DNA of 64,000 nucleotides from Squalus acanthias (taxonomy: Eukaryota): contig CM059439.1 of assembly GCA_030390025.1 (NCBI GenBank), forward strand, positions 45,570,001-45,634,000, given 5' to 3'. A program made the position numbers and the translations under genes. The notes under the pieces are model-generated. The model saw nothing but the letters and a program-made list of their open reading frames with translations, was not told the DNA's origin and made no database searches. This document shows positions 13,951 to 27,204 of the stretch, one piece after another; positions within the stretch are counted from its first letter, which is position 1; each line of letters begins with the position of its first letter.

Positions 13951-14375
13951 ATTAATACCTACAGGTCAGGAAAGAAGGAAAACAAATAGTGGCACTGAAA
14001 TTCCATGGGTGTTCCACTTTAACTTCAGTGGAAGATCAGTGGAACCCCGAGAGAAATGGTGTAAATGGAGGGAGACTGGGAGAATCCTTGTAGAATTTCT
14101 AGGCTAGTGTGTATTTACTACAAAAAAGGGAATTCAATTAACAAATCTTAACTGGATTTAAAAACAGACACGCAAACAAAAATGGGAAAATACTGTAATT
14201 GTTATGTGCATTTGGAAAACTATATTAAAACCAGGCACAAACATTACAATACATGAATATGTTCTCCATCACACAAGATGTTTCTGATTTTAAAAATAAC
14301 AAAAAGCCCTAGTCAACCAACCTAATGTAATCCTACGGGTCCTAATATACTAAACATAAGCATGATGGTTCCCCT

Positions 14376-14484
14376 TGGGGCTGAAATTCCTGTCTTCACT
14401 AATTTTAGCAAAAAAAAAGGATGAGAGTAAAAATAGCATTCTACCTTTTCTTCAGAATTAATAAAGACAAAAATTTTGGCCCCC
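14376..14484. mobile_element. Short MITE remnant
   Basis: GGGGCTGAAATTCCTGTCTT and AAGACAAAAATTTTGGCCCC form imperfect inverted termini. Confidence 0.6.
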
Positions 14485-15009
14485 TAGAATATTCATGAGC
14501 AAAGCACAGCCTGTAAATCCAGCCAATACTGCTAGTGCACAACTCGGGGCTGATTAACACTCCAGTGTGGCTGTCACACCTGGCTAAGCTCTGATTTACT
14601 AATGCTGAGGTAGGGCCCCCTCACGGTATAGCAAAGTGTTTTGATGGTTATAATTTTTTTAATAATCTAATTGCAGCTTTCTTAGCCCACCACAATCGTA
14701 CATCCCATTGATCAGCCACACACTGCCACAAGTTGTGGAATAGGCTGCTGCTCAGCTGGCTCGTCTGAAGAGCCTTGTGTTCAAAGAGAAAGAGTTGCAG
14801 GGAATTTTTTAATTTTTCAATTCTGCTCCCCCCATTTCATTACCTTTTGATGAGCGAACAATTAGCTTTTAAAAAGTAAAACTTTCTGACAAACTACTGA
14901 AGTCTGTCTGCCAATTGAACTTTTTCCTAGAATGATATCAAACACAAAGAGAACAAGTAAAATAAGTATATGTAAACCATGGTCAGTTTTAAAATAAAAT
15001 GTAAATATT

Positions 15010-15420
15010 GGGACTGGGCCATGTAGTGATGTAGAAAATACTCTTTCCACCTCTGGAATCTCGGCTTCAATCCGGCCCAGACTAATAAGAAAGAAAAGAC
15101 TCGCATTTATATAGCGCCTTTCACAACCTCAGGACGTCCCAAAGTGCTTTACAGACAATGAACTACTTTTTGAAGTGTAGTCACTGTTGTAATGTGCAAG
15201 GTTGAAAATCTTCTGATAGCTGCAAGGGTTCTACATGAAATAAATCTGGGCCATTCTTAATGTAATTCCTAATGGGCGAGTTACCCCAGCACTAATGGGT
15301 ACTACACTGACAGACTCACTCAGACAGGACACAAAGATCACGGACATGGAAACTGGTAATGTTGGAGTTAAGGCATATTGCAGAGGCACCATAGAGTAGC
15401 ACAGCTAATGCTAACACGGA
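15010..15420 (+). mobile_element. LF-SINE-like ancient SINE, interrupted by a Deu-SINE/L2 tail (15087-15194, minus strand)
   Basis: Motifs CTTTCCACCTCTGG..TTCAATCCGGCCCAG, CTACATGAAAT, TTCCTAATGG and GTTAAGGCATATTG resemble the LF-SINE consensus as I recall it. The insert is AAGAAAGAAAAGACTCGCATTTATATAGCGCC..CACTGTTGTAATGT. Confidence 0.5.
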
Positions 15421-17038
15421 GTGGAAAAGTGGAAAATAGTTCCATTCCCAAAACTGACAACCCACAACAAATTTAATTTTTAAAAGTTCTCGATCGTTAC
15501 AGCTTTCACTTTCCAATAAGCTCAAGTTAAGCACAAGATCCTTCTATCCTTGCTGGATCGATAGTCTTCATTTTAAAGTCATTTAAAGGGGGACCATTAC
15601 CTTGTGGTCAAACTCTGGTGCAGTCCAAGTTGCTGGGACAGCTCCCTCCAACATTTTAGCTGAAAAGTCAGCAGGGCTGGCCGGCAGGGTGAGTTCATGC
15701 TACACGTTAGATCAGCTGCGGCACAGAGCTTTGCAATGAGATCTCCTTCCTCCTAGAAAAACCTGAAGGAGTAGACATGGTGATGTCAATTGCACACACC
15801 TCCATTTACAAACCTGCTAACGTGTCTTGGAAGACACATTAGCAAGTATCAATGGGTTCTTTGAAGACAAACAGAGGCTGGCTAGGTTCCCAGATGCCAC
15901 TGAAAGGGATGAGAGCTTTGGTGCAGTTGCAGGCCAAGGCAGGATGAAAAGGGTTAAGGAACAATTCATCAGTCTCGGTAATGAAATATAAACAGACTAT
16001 TCGGCACAGCTTGTTTATGAATAACAACTACGTGCACAACTGGAGCCGTTTATTTCCATTTCAAATTGGCCCCACAGAACCTTCGGTTTACATTTGAGAA
16101 CCAAAGATTGACTGTACATTTCCAGAAAGCGAACAGAGCAACAGTAAAATCCAGACTGAAATAGATCAAAATGGTTTATTTAATATATTTCAGTGTCAAC
16201 AGATTTTGTTTTAGTTCCATGGTATTATTCTGTAGCTCCCTCCTCACAGAGAACTAGAAAGCTTTATTGTTAAATAAAATTGCCAAATATATCCCATTTT
16301 ATAAATTTTTGCCAAACATATTTTAAAGTTTAACCCATTCCGATATGCTTTTAAATTTTAAAACTATACCAGACATTGTAGTGACACACAATTTTGGAAA
16401 ATAAAAATAAAGAAATTGCAGCAATGCAGTCTTTCAAAGTGTTTTCTTTAAATGCATGTATCCCGAGCCTGCTTCACATTTTCACAGCAGAGACACGAGT
16501 CTTTGCGCTGAAATGTGATTGTCCCCCAGGTTTGTTTGTCAATTTGGGAGATGTGGTTTTTAATTTCTCATTCAAAACTGTAAATCAGGGTTGTTTGTGG
16601 GTCCCAGCAGATAGTGCTCTGTTTAAAGTAAGGATTTCTATGTGCATTCTATTGTGTAAAAGGAGCTCTTTATTCCATTAAGATCACTACCCAAAACATT
16701 GGTGTTAAATCAATAAAGGAAATAAAGCTGGCATTCCCAAAACATGGTGGACAATGCTTTTTTTAATTTAAAGACCCCAAATAAGTCTCCAATTTTTAAT
16801 GAAGCAGAAGTTTGCAACATCAAATATCATGTTGGCAGCGAGACTGTGACAGTACCGCAGGGTCTTCCGACAGCTGAGTGTTATCTGTCCTTCCACGCAC
16901 ACCCTCTTCATCTCTCTTTCTTCCTGGCCCACATTCACGCTCTCCAGATGGACCATCAGTTTCATACCGATGCCAACATCATCAAGAACAGCTTGCACGA
17001 TGTTTGGGGAAAACAAAGATGATGGATTAAGTATCAGA

Positions 17039-17066
17039 TGTGTGTGTGTGTGTGTGTGTGTGTGTG
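17039..17066. repeat. (TG)14 microsatellite
   Basis: Seen directly in sequence. Confidence 0.97.
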
Positions 17067-20000
17067 AGACTATGACTTTGTAGCTTAAATGCAACTTTGA
17101 AACATAGCTTCTTAAACCTGCTTTGCCAGAACAATGTAGTCAGTCCTTTTAAGAAGTGCTGTTTAAATTGAGGCTGGAAAGCTGGAATAGAGTCTCGGTG
17201 CAATATGTTACATTGCAGGCTTTTGTCCAACCCACTTTGCAAAGAGGTACAATCAAAGTCATTGCAACAACTACAGTTACACCACTTGCAAAAAACCTTG
17301 GAGCAATACTAAAGGCCTACTATAGGTTCTGCACAAATTATTTAAGGACTCAATTTTTACTGCACCATCTTAGAATAATAAAAATGAGACAATACAACAG
17401 GAAATTACTTTTAATTCTATTATAAACTTTTCCTTTTTTTTGCTTTCCCATTTTGAGGCTGTATTTTGGTCCACAGCACAGACAGGCCTGGCAAACTTGC
17501 AGACTCCGGCACGGTCCGATGCCCTATATAAAATTACTGGAGATGCGGAGCAATATGTTCCCTTAATGTTCTGCTAGCCGATTGCATTCTGAAGAATTTT
17601 TCACATCACAAGAAACAAATATATTTGCCCAGCTCATTTTCTTTCATTGATAAACAAAGTTGAATATTATGGGGCACAGTCAAAGTGAATTCTAGTATAA
17701 ATTTTGCTTACAGCAAGATCTGGAGGAGTGGGTAAGGCGCTGCAAGAGTTTCATTCTAATCTTATTGCGGGGACAGGGCGCACAGGAAACTGACAACAGT
17801 GAAAAGCAGCACAGAATGTTAACAGTGTTTCAACATTATTCAGACTACATGCACTGTTGCAGTGTAATACACAGCCCTCTTCCCAATTTTCTGCTGGCTG
17901 CGATGAGGCAAATGTAAGATATTCAGGAAGAAATCAGAGGGATCGTAATTTTGGAAAATTAAAACATTTATGAATGAAAATGTTATACCACCTCTTACCC
18001 CTCTCCAGAAAAGTGCTGCAATATTTTTACTTTCACCAGTGCAACTTAAGAAGCAAATAAAAATGACTCTGGCTGAGGGTTGAGTGCGCTGTACACATCA
18101 GTTGTGTATGCAAGATTTCTGACATGAGCTCATAATAGTGTTGAGATCTAAACATTATTTTTTTTTTTAACATCTTGTTTTCTTACATTCTCCAGCAGAG
18201 GAATACACTTATAAGTGCACCATACAACAAGATCTGTAGTCAAAACTATAACGAATACCCTCCTTTTCCATTTAAGTACACTTAAAAGTTTAATATGTAG
18301 TTATTTTACAACGCACTTACAATATATCTGAATACAGCATATTCCAGACATATCTTATAGTAAGCTGACACACAATAGCAAGGAATCTTATTACAAAATG
18401 TATGTTATGTCTTCAAATACTAACGTACTAATGATCCCAATTGTGGCTGATTTATAACTGCATGCCCGATAAGAATCTTAATTTGAAGAAATGCAATGTG
18501 TGACTCTCAAATTTAAAAAATAAAAATTATTAGAAAATATTTTCCTACTGCTTTGAGTACCACTTTCATTCCAGGGTTACTCTTGCACAGCTGGATTATG
18601 TCTGAGGTCTGCTCTTTCTTCTGCTCAAACGGCAGAATACAGTACAAGGAAGCTGTTTTGAACAAGTATGTTTTTTAAAAAACTGAACAAAAAAAAAAAT
18701 AACTTTAAATAAAAGATCTACAGTCAAACTGAAAAGAAATTGAGCACAGCAAATTTTGAAAAGAAGAAAGGAGAAACAAAGAAAATAAAACAAAATAGGA
18801 AGATAATGCAAGCAAAACAAATTATAAAAAGAAATTAGCTGACGCTGTGCTAATTGGTTTTATTTGAGAATTTCTTGAATAAACCCCTCATTAATTTTAT
18901 ATAAAATAAAGCTCAGCATTCTACAGATTGAAAATCGAAAAAGTCTTAATAATTGCATACGGCAATTATCCAAGTTATTACTTTTGGATATAAAGTGCTA
19001 ACAATGCAGCTCGAAGCAGCTCGATGCAATGAGTGAACAATAAAGCTGCATGCATCAATTCAAATAAAGAGTCTATTCAGTTTTTACCACTGATTTTAAA
19101 ATAAATGCAAGAAAGCAATTACACCAAGCTATCTTAGCTCCAATTCAGCAAACAAGGGATCATTGTCAATAAAAAAAATATTTAAATAAGGAGATTAATG
19201 TCATATAAATGTACTTAAATAAAACAATCTGAGAGACTATCTAAGATAAGAACTGATTTTTAAAAGTTATTTTCCTGTAATCTCTAATGTCTTGAAAAAA
19301 AACCACACTTTCAAAATACACTAACCACTGCTATTTACAAAAAAAATTCTAAGGTACTTTTGTGGATGTTTGCGTGAAGCAAAACAAATAATTGCACAGT
19401 ACAAGAAAACAAATGTGGTTGCTTGAACAATTCCATGTCCTATTCTGCGAGGAATATTTAACATCACGTCCCCATATCTATGGGAATCATGATCAACAAA
19501 GCAGCTTCTACCAACAGATACTTGCTGGAATAATAAGAATCCAACTGCAAGTTACATTTATCCTTATAATCAACAATTGAACTCAGTTTAAATTGCCTTC
19601 TGGAGCCACTTCAAACACCTGCTTTCTACTAACTGTGCGGCAGAATTATTTGATTCGGTCTGTCTTTCTGAAAGTAATATTGAATACTTTCAAGCAACAG
19701 AAACTAAACATTGATGTAAAAGACATTTTTCCACACTAGATTATTACCAATTTTAAGATTTTTTTAAATAATAGTTTATTGTTCTATTAAAAAATTAAAT
19801 GGGGCATTCCACAAATAAAATAATTTATTTTATCGATTCAGTATTGAAAAGAGTTTGTATAATTAACACACAAGGGTTGACAGGGAATGGCTGACCTTAT
19901 AATTCTATTGGGTAGCAATATTCATTTAAAAAAATGATAATTCCTCCTTAAAACATATACAATTTAAATTTTAAATAAAGCTTCCTCTGCTTCTTTCTGC

Positions 20001-20446
20001 TTTGAGCTACATTTCTCCAGTCAATCTTTTAAAAAATACCAACAGAAAATTCTAGAAAGTAAATCAAATCTTCAGCAAGCTTGAACATAGTATCGTGAAC
20101 AGCAAACACCGTTCGGGGAAAGAAAACAGACTAGTCTTTCTGTAAAGGTGAACAATGCACTCAAATGTAAAAGAGAACTCGTTGCTTCAATTAAACAAAT
20201 TAATAAAATTACTTCTTAATTTGTAGTCACTTCGGGCAGACAAGTTGAAGCATGACAACTCGTTCCAGCGAAAATTGTAGTATCAATCCCCCTCATGACA
20301 AATGGCGGTTCTTTTTGATTTCAACAAATATGGATGCTATGGGAAAGCTTGAAAAACAAATACTGTGTAAGCCTATAATTAGCAAATAATGGACAATTCT
20401 GTGGAAATGACCCATAAACACAAAAGGTTTGGACAGTCTATAATAC

Positions 20447-20539
20447 CTCCACTTCAAATCAGATGGATTATGTCTAATGTTGTGACACTCAAGTAACTCA
20501 AAGATCCTGTTTACCGAACCCACATCCCTCCTCCGTAAC
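20447..20539 (-). other. Candidate internal exon (93 nt) of an unidentified minus-strand transcript
   Basis: ttttcccttaatag|GTTACGGAGG...AAGTGGAG|gtatta. One frame is open (LRRRDVGSVNRIFELLECHNIRHNPSDLKW). It lies in the TE-free block. Confidence 0.4.
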
Positions 20540-23500
20540 CTATTAAGGGAAAAACAGTACAAAAACATTTAAAGATCAAAAATTTATTTTTTTTAATTTA
20601 AAAAAAAAAGAAATACAAAATAGCTGAAATTTTCCAAAGCCAATGAGGGAGAGTTTAGCCCAATATCCTTTACAGGACTCAATGTTGTACCAAAATTAGC
20701 ATGTTAAAAGTATGTTTGCATAAATGCATAAGATTCAAGAATAACAAGATGTTATGTTTTAAATATACTGTCTTTATTAGATCAGAATTGGACAAAAGGA
20801 ACCCCAAATAAATTCTGCTTGGTGCTGCTAGAACCATTGTTAAAAAATAATATTAAAACAGTTCATTCCTTTCCTGCTAAATAAATGGAGCTGCATTGAG
20901 TTAGGTAAATAAATGCTGCCATGAAAAAAAACCTGAAATTTAACTTTTTCCCTGGTGGACAAACTGCAAATTTAAATGGTTAATACGGCAGAGCGGACTT
21001 GCACGACAAAGTGGTCAGGAAGTGAAGAGCATCAGAGCTGCAATAACAGTTACGTATAAGATTGAAAGGTTTGGGTGTTTTTTTTACGGTGGGGCGGGGG
21101 TGGTGATTAGGAGCAAACTATGCTAACCGTATTGGTTCTTGATGTGAAATCTCATCTTTATTTTTATTTTTTGTCTTTATTGAATCTTACTGTTTGTAAA
21201 GTGTTTGCATCTGCTCAATTTCTCAATTACAAAGCTCCTGAGGTGATTTTAAATCAACTTTTCATCCTGCAAGAAACATGCTCGCGCTTTTGCATATCTA
21301 CAACAGTAATCATTTCAAGTCAGATTTTTTTTGCTCTGTCTCAAGAAGTTGTGTTCTGACCTTTATTAGATTCCTGTGTTCTAATCCACAAACACTGACC
21401 TTGTACCCAAAATGCCAATCCACAGCTATTTGTACCATAAAGTTATTTAGTTGCAAAGTATGCCTGCTGCTCAAGATCTAAACAAGTGCGTACAGTGCTG
21501 ATTTAGTTCTGTTTGTCATTAAAGACAGTGAATTTTATGCTCTACCTGTGACTGAGATACGTACAATAAATAGCAGTGAGAAATAAAAGCAGAAGAATGC
21601 TTGAAGTACACAGCAAATGTGTTTTCTCTTTTTATTTCAACAGTTGCAGCATTTCATTTTTATCTTTAAATAAAAAACAGGATGGAAAAAGGGAAGAAAA
21701 ATGTGCAGTTGTTAAATTACTAACCATGTGTTTCTGTTTAAATCTGCCTTAAAATCAAAATTAACTACACTTAAACACAATGGCTTTGGCAGTAAAAGGC
21801 CTACTTTTCAAAATGCACTTTCCTTAGGAAGTTTAGGACATGTCGGTATATCAAAAAGTCTACATAAACGGCAGGTAGAAACTGCAATTATTTCCCTCGC
21901 AGTAGGGAAAGCAATCTCTATAAAGTTAACTATACATCTTCTTAAAAATAAAAATACAATCTCTCTCCCCCCTTCCCAGCATTCATTTAGCTGAAATGGG
22001 AATTTAATGATATGCCCAATACTGTGCTATGTATTTTGGCAAACAAAACAAAGACAGGAGAACAAGGCTGACTGTGTTTTTTATTTTACTGCTGCATAAC
22101 ACTACTTTTTTTTTAAAAAAATTCTCTTTAGCCATTATTTATACTGGCTTCACCGCTCTTTATCAGCTACCAACATAAAGACCACAATCTTGTACGGGTT
22201 TTGTTCAGTGGATTTACACCTGCTGCTAGTGCAGATCAAAAACTCGGCTCAAACTGTATAACCCAATGTTATATTCCTGGTGCAAAAACACAGAAAGGCA
22301 AACCGGAAGACTTTATCTTGTAAAGGATGTTCATAGAAAATGGTGGTGGGGGCAAATTTCTTAAATCTAAAACCAAATTAATATGAAGGATAAAAATCAA
22401 AACTTTTTTTTGTTTTCCAGTGTTGAAACAAAGCAGTTACATCTGAATCTGTTAATTCTCAATACATTAAAACCAGTTACTCTATCGATTAAAAAAAACT
22501 CCAACGAGCAGTAGTTGTATGAATTGTACTAATGACTAATTTATTTTAAAATAGCATGGCATTCATTTTACACTGTATCAAAATCTATATCCCACTCTTT
22601 TTTTCTTATAAGAAAGAGATAATGTTGCATTGGTAGGAACTGCAATACCCACAGCTTTGTCCCGGAGTAAAGTTAGGCTTTTTCTTGGAAACATTTTGAA
22701 AACAGCTTGCTTCTTATCGGAAACCCAGTCATACTAATAAGCTGTTAGAAATCAAAGCTTTAAAAGGAATTACTTTTCCTTTTTATATTTAAAAACAAAG
22801 ATTAGTCTCTCCGCAAATGTGCGAAATGGTTGGTAATTGCAACCACTCCATTCTGCCAACCGTGTCCATTATTGAACCTTTACAGGATTCAACAGTAGCG
22901 ATGTTGAAGTCACAAATATAGAACAATGAAACAAAAAAAACTATCTCCAGAAATGCTTCTGGAAAAAGATTATTAAAAATACCCTCCTTGGCTCATGAGT
23001 GCTTGTAGCTCAACATTTAAGTGACACATTTTATATCGTCAGAGGCAGAGTAAAATGAGCTTCTAGACAAATATTTTAACTCCTACTACTGGAAAGAAGT
23101 AATCACAGATATTTACAAAGATAAAAGTCATATAACCTCTCACATGAGAACAGATTGAGATGCTAACATTGGCTTCTTTGCCTTTTTTCTTGGAGAAAAA
23201 AAAATGACCATAAAATCCACTAAAACAGAATTCAAGAAAAGTCTGAATAGGTTCATTAAGATATTAAATCCAACTAAATGTTTATTGAACAGAGCAATTC
23301 TACTACATGTTTTTCTGTAACAATTTAAAATACATTCTTTAAATATTCAAAGTAATGATTGCAAAAATGGGTCATTCTACGTTTGCAGTTTTAACAGTCA
23401 ATCAAATACAGACTGTAACTCTTAAATCAGCTAAAAAACCTCCAATCCTTTTTTTTATAAAAGAGCATCAGCAGGCTATAGGAAACAGAGGGACACTCCC

Positions 23501-25133
23501 TAAAAAAAAACAATATTGCAAAAAAAATCGCTTCACGTCACCAGATTACTTGAAATCTGGCATTCAAAAAAAAACCTTTCTTTAAAAGTATACGAGGCCA
23601 AAACAGACAGGGAAAAAACCATAACATATTCTTAACTAAATCAACTGCAACCAGAGCCCAAACCACATGATGAAAGCCTTGTATCCCAGAATTAGTATTT
23701 ATTAGAGCAGATTACAGAGTCATTGCTTTCATAAGTTGAGGTATTGCTGGAGAGCTCAGTGAATCAACATAATATTGGGAAGAATACTTCAGTTGAGCTT
23801 TCTCTCTAATTTCATTTTGAAAGAATGGCACTGCCCACAAATATGAATTATGCTAAACTTCTGCCATTAGCATCTCCAGCCACCCATCAGGCCATTTGTT
23901 CATTTCATTATTTTGTAGTTTCATTCTGTTGTAATTATTAGTAATCCATTTCCACAGTTTAAAGAACTGACTTTAGTAAAATATTCAAAACCTATTGTTA
24001 GTTCAAACAAGTTGCAGTTTTGCTTGATTTAATCAATACTGTAGGCAGCATGTAAACTTGTTATATGCAACATGTACTGTGCTTTGACTGATACAGTATT
24101 GACTTTACAGTTTAACCATGCTGGTTTATTTTTCTTTTACTGAGGCTCCTTGTGTGACAGTATAGGTGCACAAACCATATGTAAAAAGCCATACCATGTG
24201 TGATAGAATAAGATACACAATGAGAAGGTTCACAGAGATCAGCTATCACCTGAGTTGGAAAGATTGGTGGTTTGTTTCCTGATCTACTGCGGCTCCCAAC
24301 ACGACATCCTCTTTGTATAAATCAAGAGGATTTATTTATAATGTACAAGTCTGTTTTTTAAATCTAAAGTGTACATCTATAAGCCTTCTTTGTATCCAGA
24401 GTATGAATACTGACAATCTTGTACAAAGATAATCACAGCCATGATCTCCTGCACTATGAAGTCAGCCTGACTCAACCCCTACCAGACTGGAATCCAAAAC
24501 CAGTGAATCCTCGATCCAGCCTTCCGCACCCATTTGTGATTAGTCAAAATGGGATCCTTTCATGTGGGCGTCAGGATATTGTATAATAATTTGATGAAAT
24601 GTTTCACCTGTACATTTTCTCTAAACATCACTGCCTAAAGTGTATTGATCTAATAGTTAAGAATGCCTTCAAGACATGACATCATAATATTAATGAGATT
24701 GTGTCTAGAAAGCAAAATTAATTATAGGTCATGGGTACCTAATTAGATCTAATGGATTTACTGTACTTAACTGCCTCTTGGAATGATTTATGTATGCTTT
24801 ATGAAAGCATTGATATTTTATAAAAGGCTATTATCAATAGTTCTACCATTTCTTTCCTTGTTGCATACATGTGCATTAAACACAGAATAAACAAGCCATT
24901 TTGGGGGACCTATTTTCTTTATGTTTCTGTGCACAAATAGAACATGTTCATAGACAGCTGCAGACATTATAAATTGTTCATTACTCCCCTCCACCCCAGT
25001 AGCACTTTGGCTTGGGGGGAGGGGGAGAGGAGGGCTGACGCATAAAATTAAGAGAGGAAGCTATACCATACAGTTTCTCCGGGTATTTTCTCCTTTTGAA
25101 TGGAGAAAAAACCAGGGAAAATAGCATAGTTAC

Positions 25134-25161
25134 CTTCTTTTCAGCGCTCTGCAGATAGTCC
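25134..25161 (-). other. Candidate 28-nt microexon
   Basis: tatttctgtgtcaaag|GGACTATCTGCAGAGCGCTGAAAAGAAG|gtaact. Confidence 0.3.
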
Positions 25162-25487
25162 CTTTGACACAGAAATAGGCAACTAAAAAGCAAAGTTCAC
25201 GCATAAATGCCACTCATCTTGTAGAACTCAGCCCATCCTTTACTCAAAACTTAACTTTTTGACTTCAGAAATTAAATAACTCCCTCCTGCCACTAAACTT
25301 GTGTGATAAAGTTGTAATTTTACACAGAGTAATGAATTGAGCACACTGAACTCTGTGGCCATATTTGTGTAAGAATTTTTCTTCAAAAAAATGTGACATT
25401 TTGCTTGCAAATTACATATAAATAATCATGTAGCATTGTTGCTTGCGAAATGTCTCAAATCTTTGCTTTCTCAGCCCCACCACTTAC

Positions 25488-25586
25488 TTGTGTGCACCTC
25501 TTCATTGGAGGCACAGCAGAAACTAGCTTCAACAGTTGAGGACTGACTATCTCAGAACAGCATACGTTAAACCGCCTAGTTCCCAT
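25488..25586 (-). other. Candidate internal exon (99 nt)
   Basis: caatttttag|ATGGGAACT...TGCACACAA|gtaagt. Phase-0 frame is open (MGTRRFNVCCSEIVSPQLLKLVSAVPPMKRCTQ). Confidence 0.4.
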
Positions 25587-26521
25587 CTAAAAAATTGACA
25601 GAATTATTCTTCATTGCGCTGCAGAAGAATAAAATCAGTTTTCAAAAAAGTTTTTTTGGCAATGACATCAGGAGTATGCTGGCATGTTTCCAAAGATATA
25701 TGTACAAATCAGGGAGAGTAGAGGTTGGACAGTAATTGTGCTTTTTATGTCAAAGTTATTCCAACTAAAACACAAATGGCAACTTCCTATGAAAAGAAAC
25801 AACAGATTAAAGATAATTATGTCTTTCCTTCATTAAAAAACAAAACAAAAATTACAGGCAATAACCCAAGGCTATTATCAAAGTGGAGTGAATAATTAAT
25901 GTTTACATTTTCTTTTCCCTCCGTTTGCATAAACAACTTTCTTTTTTTTTTAAAATTAAAACATTAGTGTGAATCAATCTTGGTGCTACTTTAGGCATTA
26001 ACATCCTGCAAATCTTGAACTTCAAGCAGCTCCAGTTATTTTTCCCTACCCTGGACCACCATGATTTAAATATTTTGGCAACATTTTTTGTTTTGCATAC
26101 TTCAAATAAATATAATTAAAACTGTCAAGCGTATAAGGATCCCAAATCCAATTTGTGCAGAAAAACTTCCATTTTAACTTTTTAAAGTCTAGTACCTGAG
26201 ATTTGAGGAACTGAATTACCTTTTCCTGTTCCTAAAATTTCCTATTCTAGTACAAGGTTTTTACGGCAAAATTGTTATTTTAAGTCTTCTTTGTGCGGAG
26301 AAAGTGCAATGGATTTTTGTACGTAGATATGCAAAACTAAGGCCAATAAAAATCAAAAATTAACTTTAAAATTATCTCTATCAAAATGTCAGGAATCAAT
26401 AGAGTACATGATGACCAGCAGCATTTGATAAACATTTCCATTCATGTGGGGCCCGGTCACCTCAGGTGTGGGATATTTATCACCTCGCACTAGAGGCCAA
26501 GAAGCATTTGTTATATAGAAT

Positions 26522-26850
26522 CACTGCACCGTTGGAGGTGCTGTCTTTCAAATGAAAAATTAAACTGATGCTTCGACTGTCTATTCAGGTGGACATAAAC
26601 ATTCCTGTGGCATTAATAAAAGTAGAGCAATGAGTTTTCCAGTATCCTGGTCAATGCTCCTCTCTCAATCAGCACCACCTAATACAGATTAACTGATCAT
26701 TCATCTCATTTACTGTTTGTGGGACCTTGCTGTGCACAAATTATCCGCTGTGTTTGCCTACATAACAACGGTGACTGTATTTCAAAAGTGATTAATTGGC
26801 TGCGAAACACTATGGAATAAGACATTACATGAATGAAAACTCTTTCTTTC
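26522..26850 (+). mobile_element. Deu-domain SINE, head missing, diverged
   Basis: Similar to 640-960 (GGAGGTGCTGTCTTT..TTCAGGTGGACATAAA..CAGATTAACTGATCATT..TGTTTGTGGGACCTTGCTGTGCACAAATT), with a TCTTTCTTTC tail. Confidence 0.8.
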
Positions 26851-27204
26851 TCTACTACCGTCCATATACATGCATTTTTTCCAAAAATTTAACATGCAGT
26901 TAAAATTCAGTGTGCATTCCAAGCTACCGCAGTCTGACCTCACTTCCTATCAGCATGTCATACAGAGTTACCTTATCTGACTATTCATCTCTAGCCATAT
27001 GCTCCAGGCTGCACCCTCTAACTCAAGATTAGAGACAGAAATATTGTTTTGTTTCCCACTCTGACCCCACTTCGCAAATCTCCACACATGACAATGGCAA
27101 TAGCCTTCTCATGACATGTATTGATACCAACTCAGGATTTCTTACCAAATGATCTGCTAATTGTGCAGCAAGTGAGGCTGATCAGTCTCTCCACTGTTAC
27201 TTGA

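Noticed and set aside
16744-17094. Overlapping 92 aa and 108 aa ORFs in unique sequence
   Set aside because: No recognisable domain or convincing splice flanks; one runs through the TG microsatellite.
17524-17533. TATA-like CTATATAAAA near a few CpGs
   Set aside because: Common motif in AT-rich DNA; there is no CpG island or downstream exon support.
18660-18840. U-rich minus-strand tract considered as a MALAT1-type triple helix
   Set aside because: No paired U-rich motifs with a downstream A-rich tract and tRNA-like element were found; a polypyrimidine tract explains it better.
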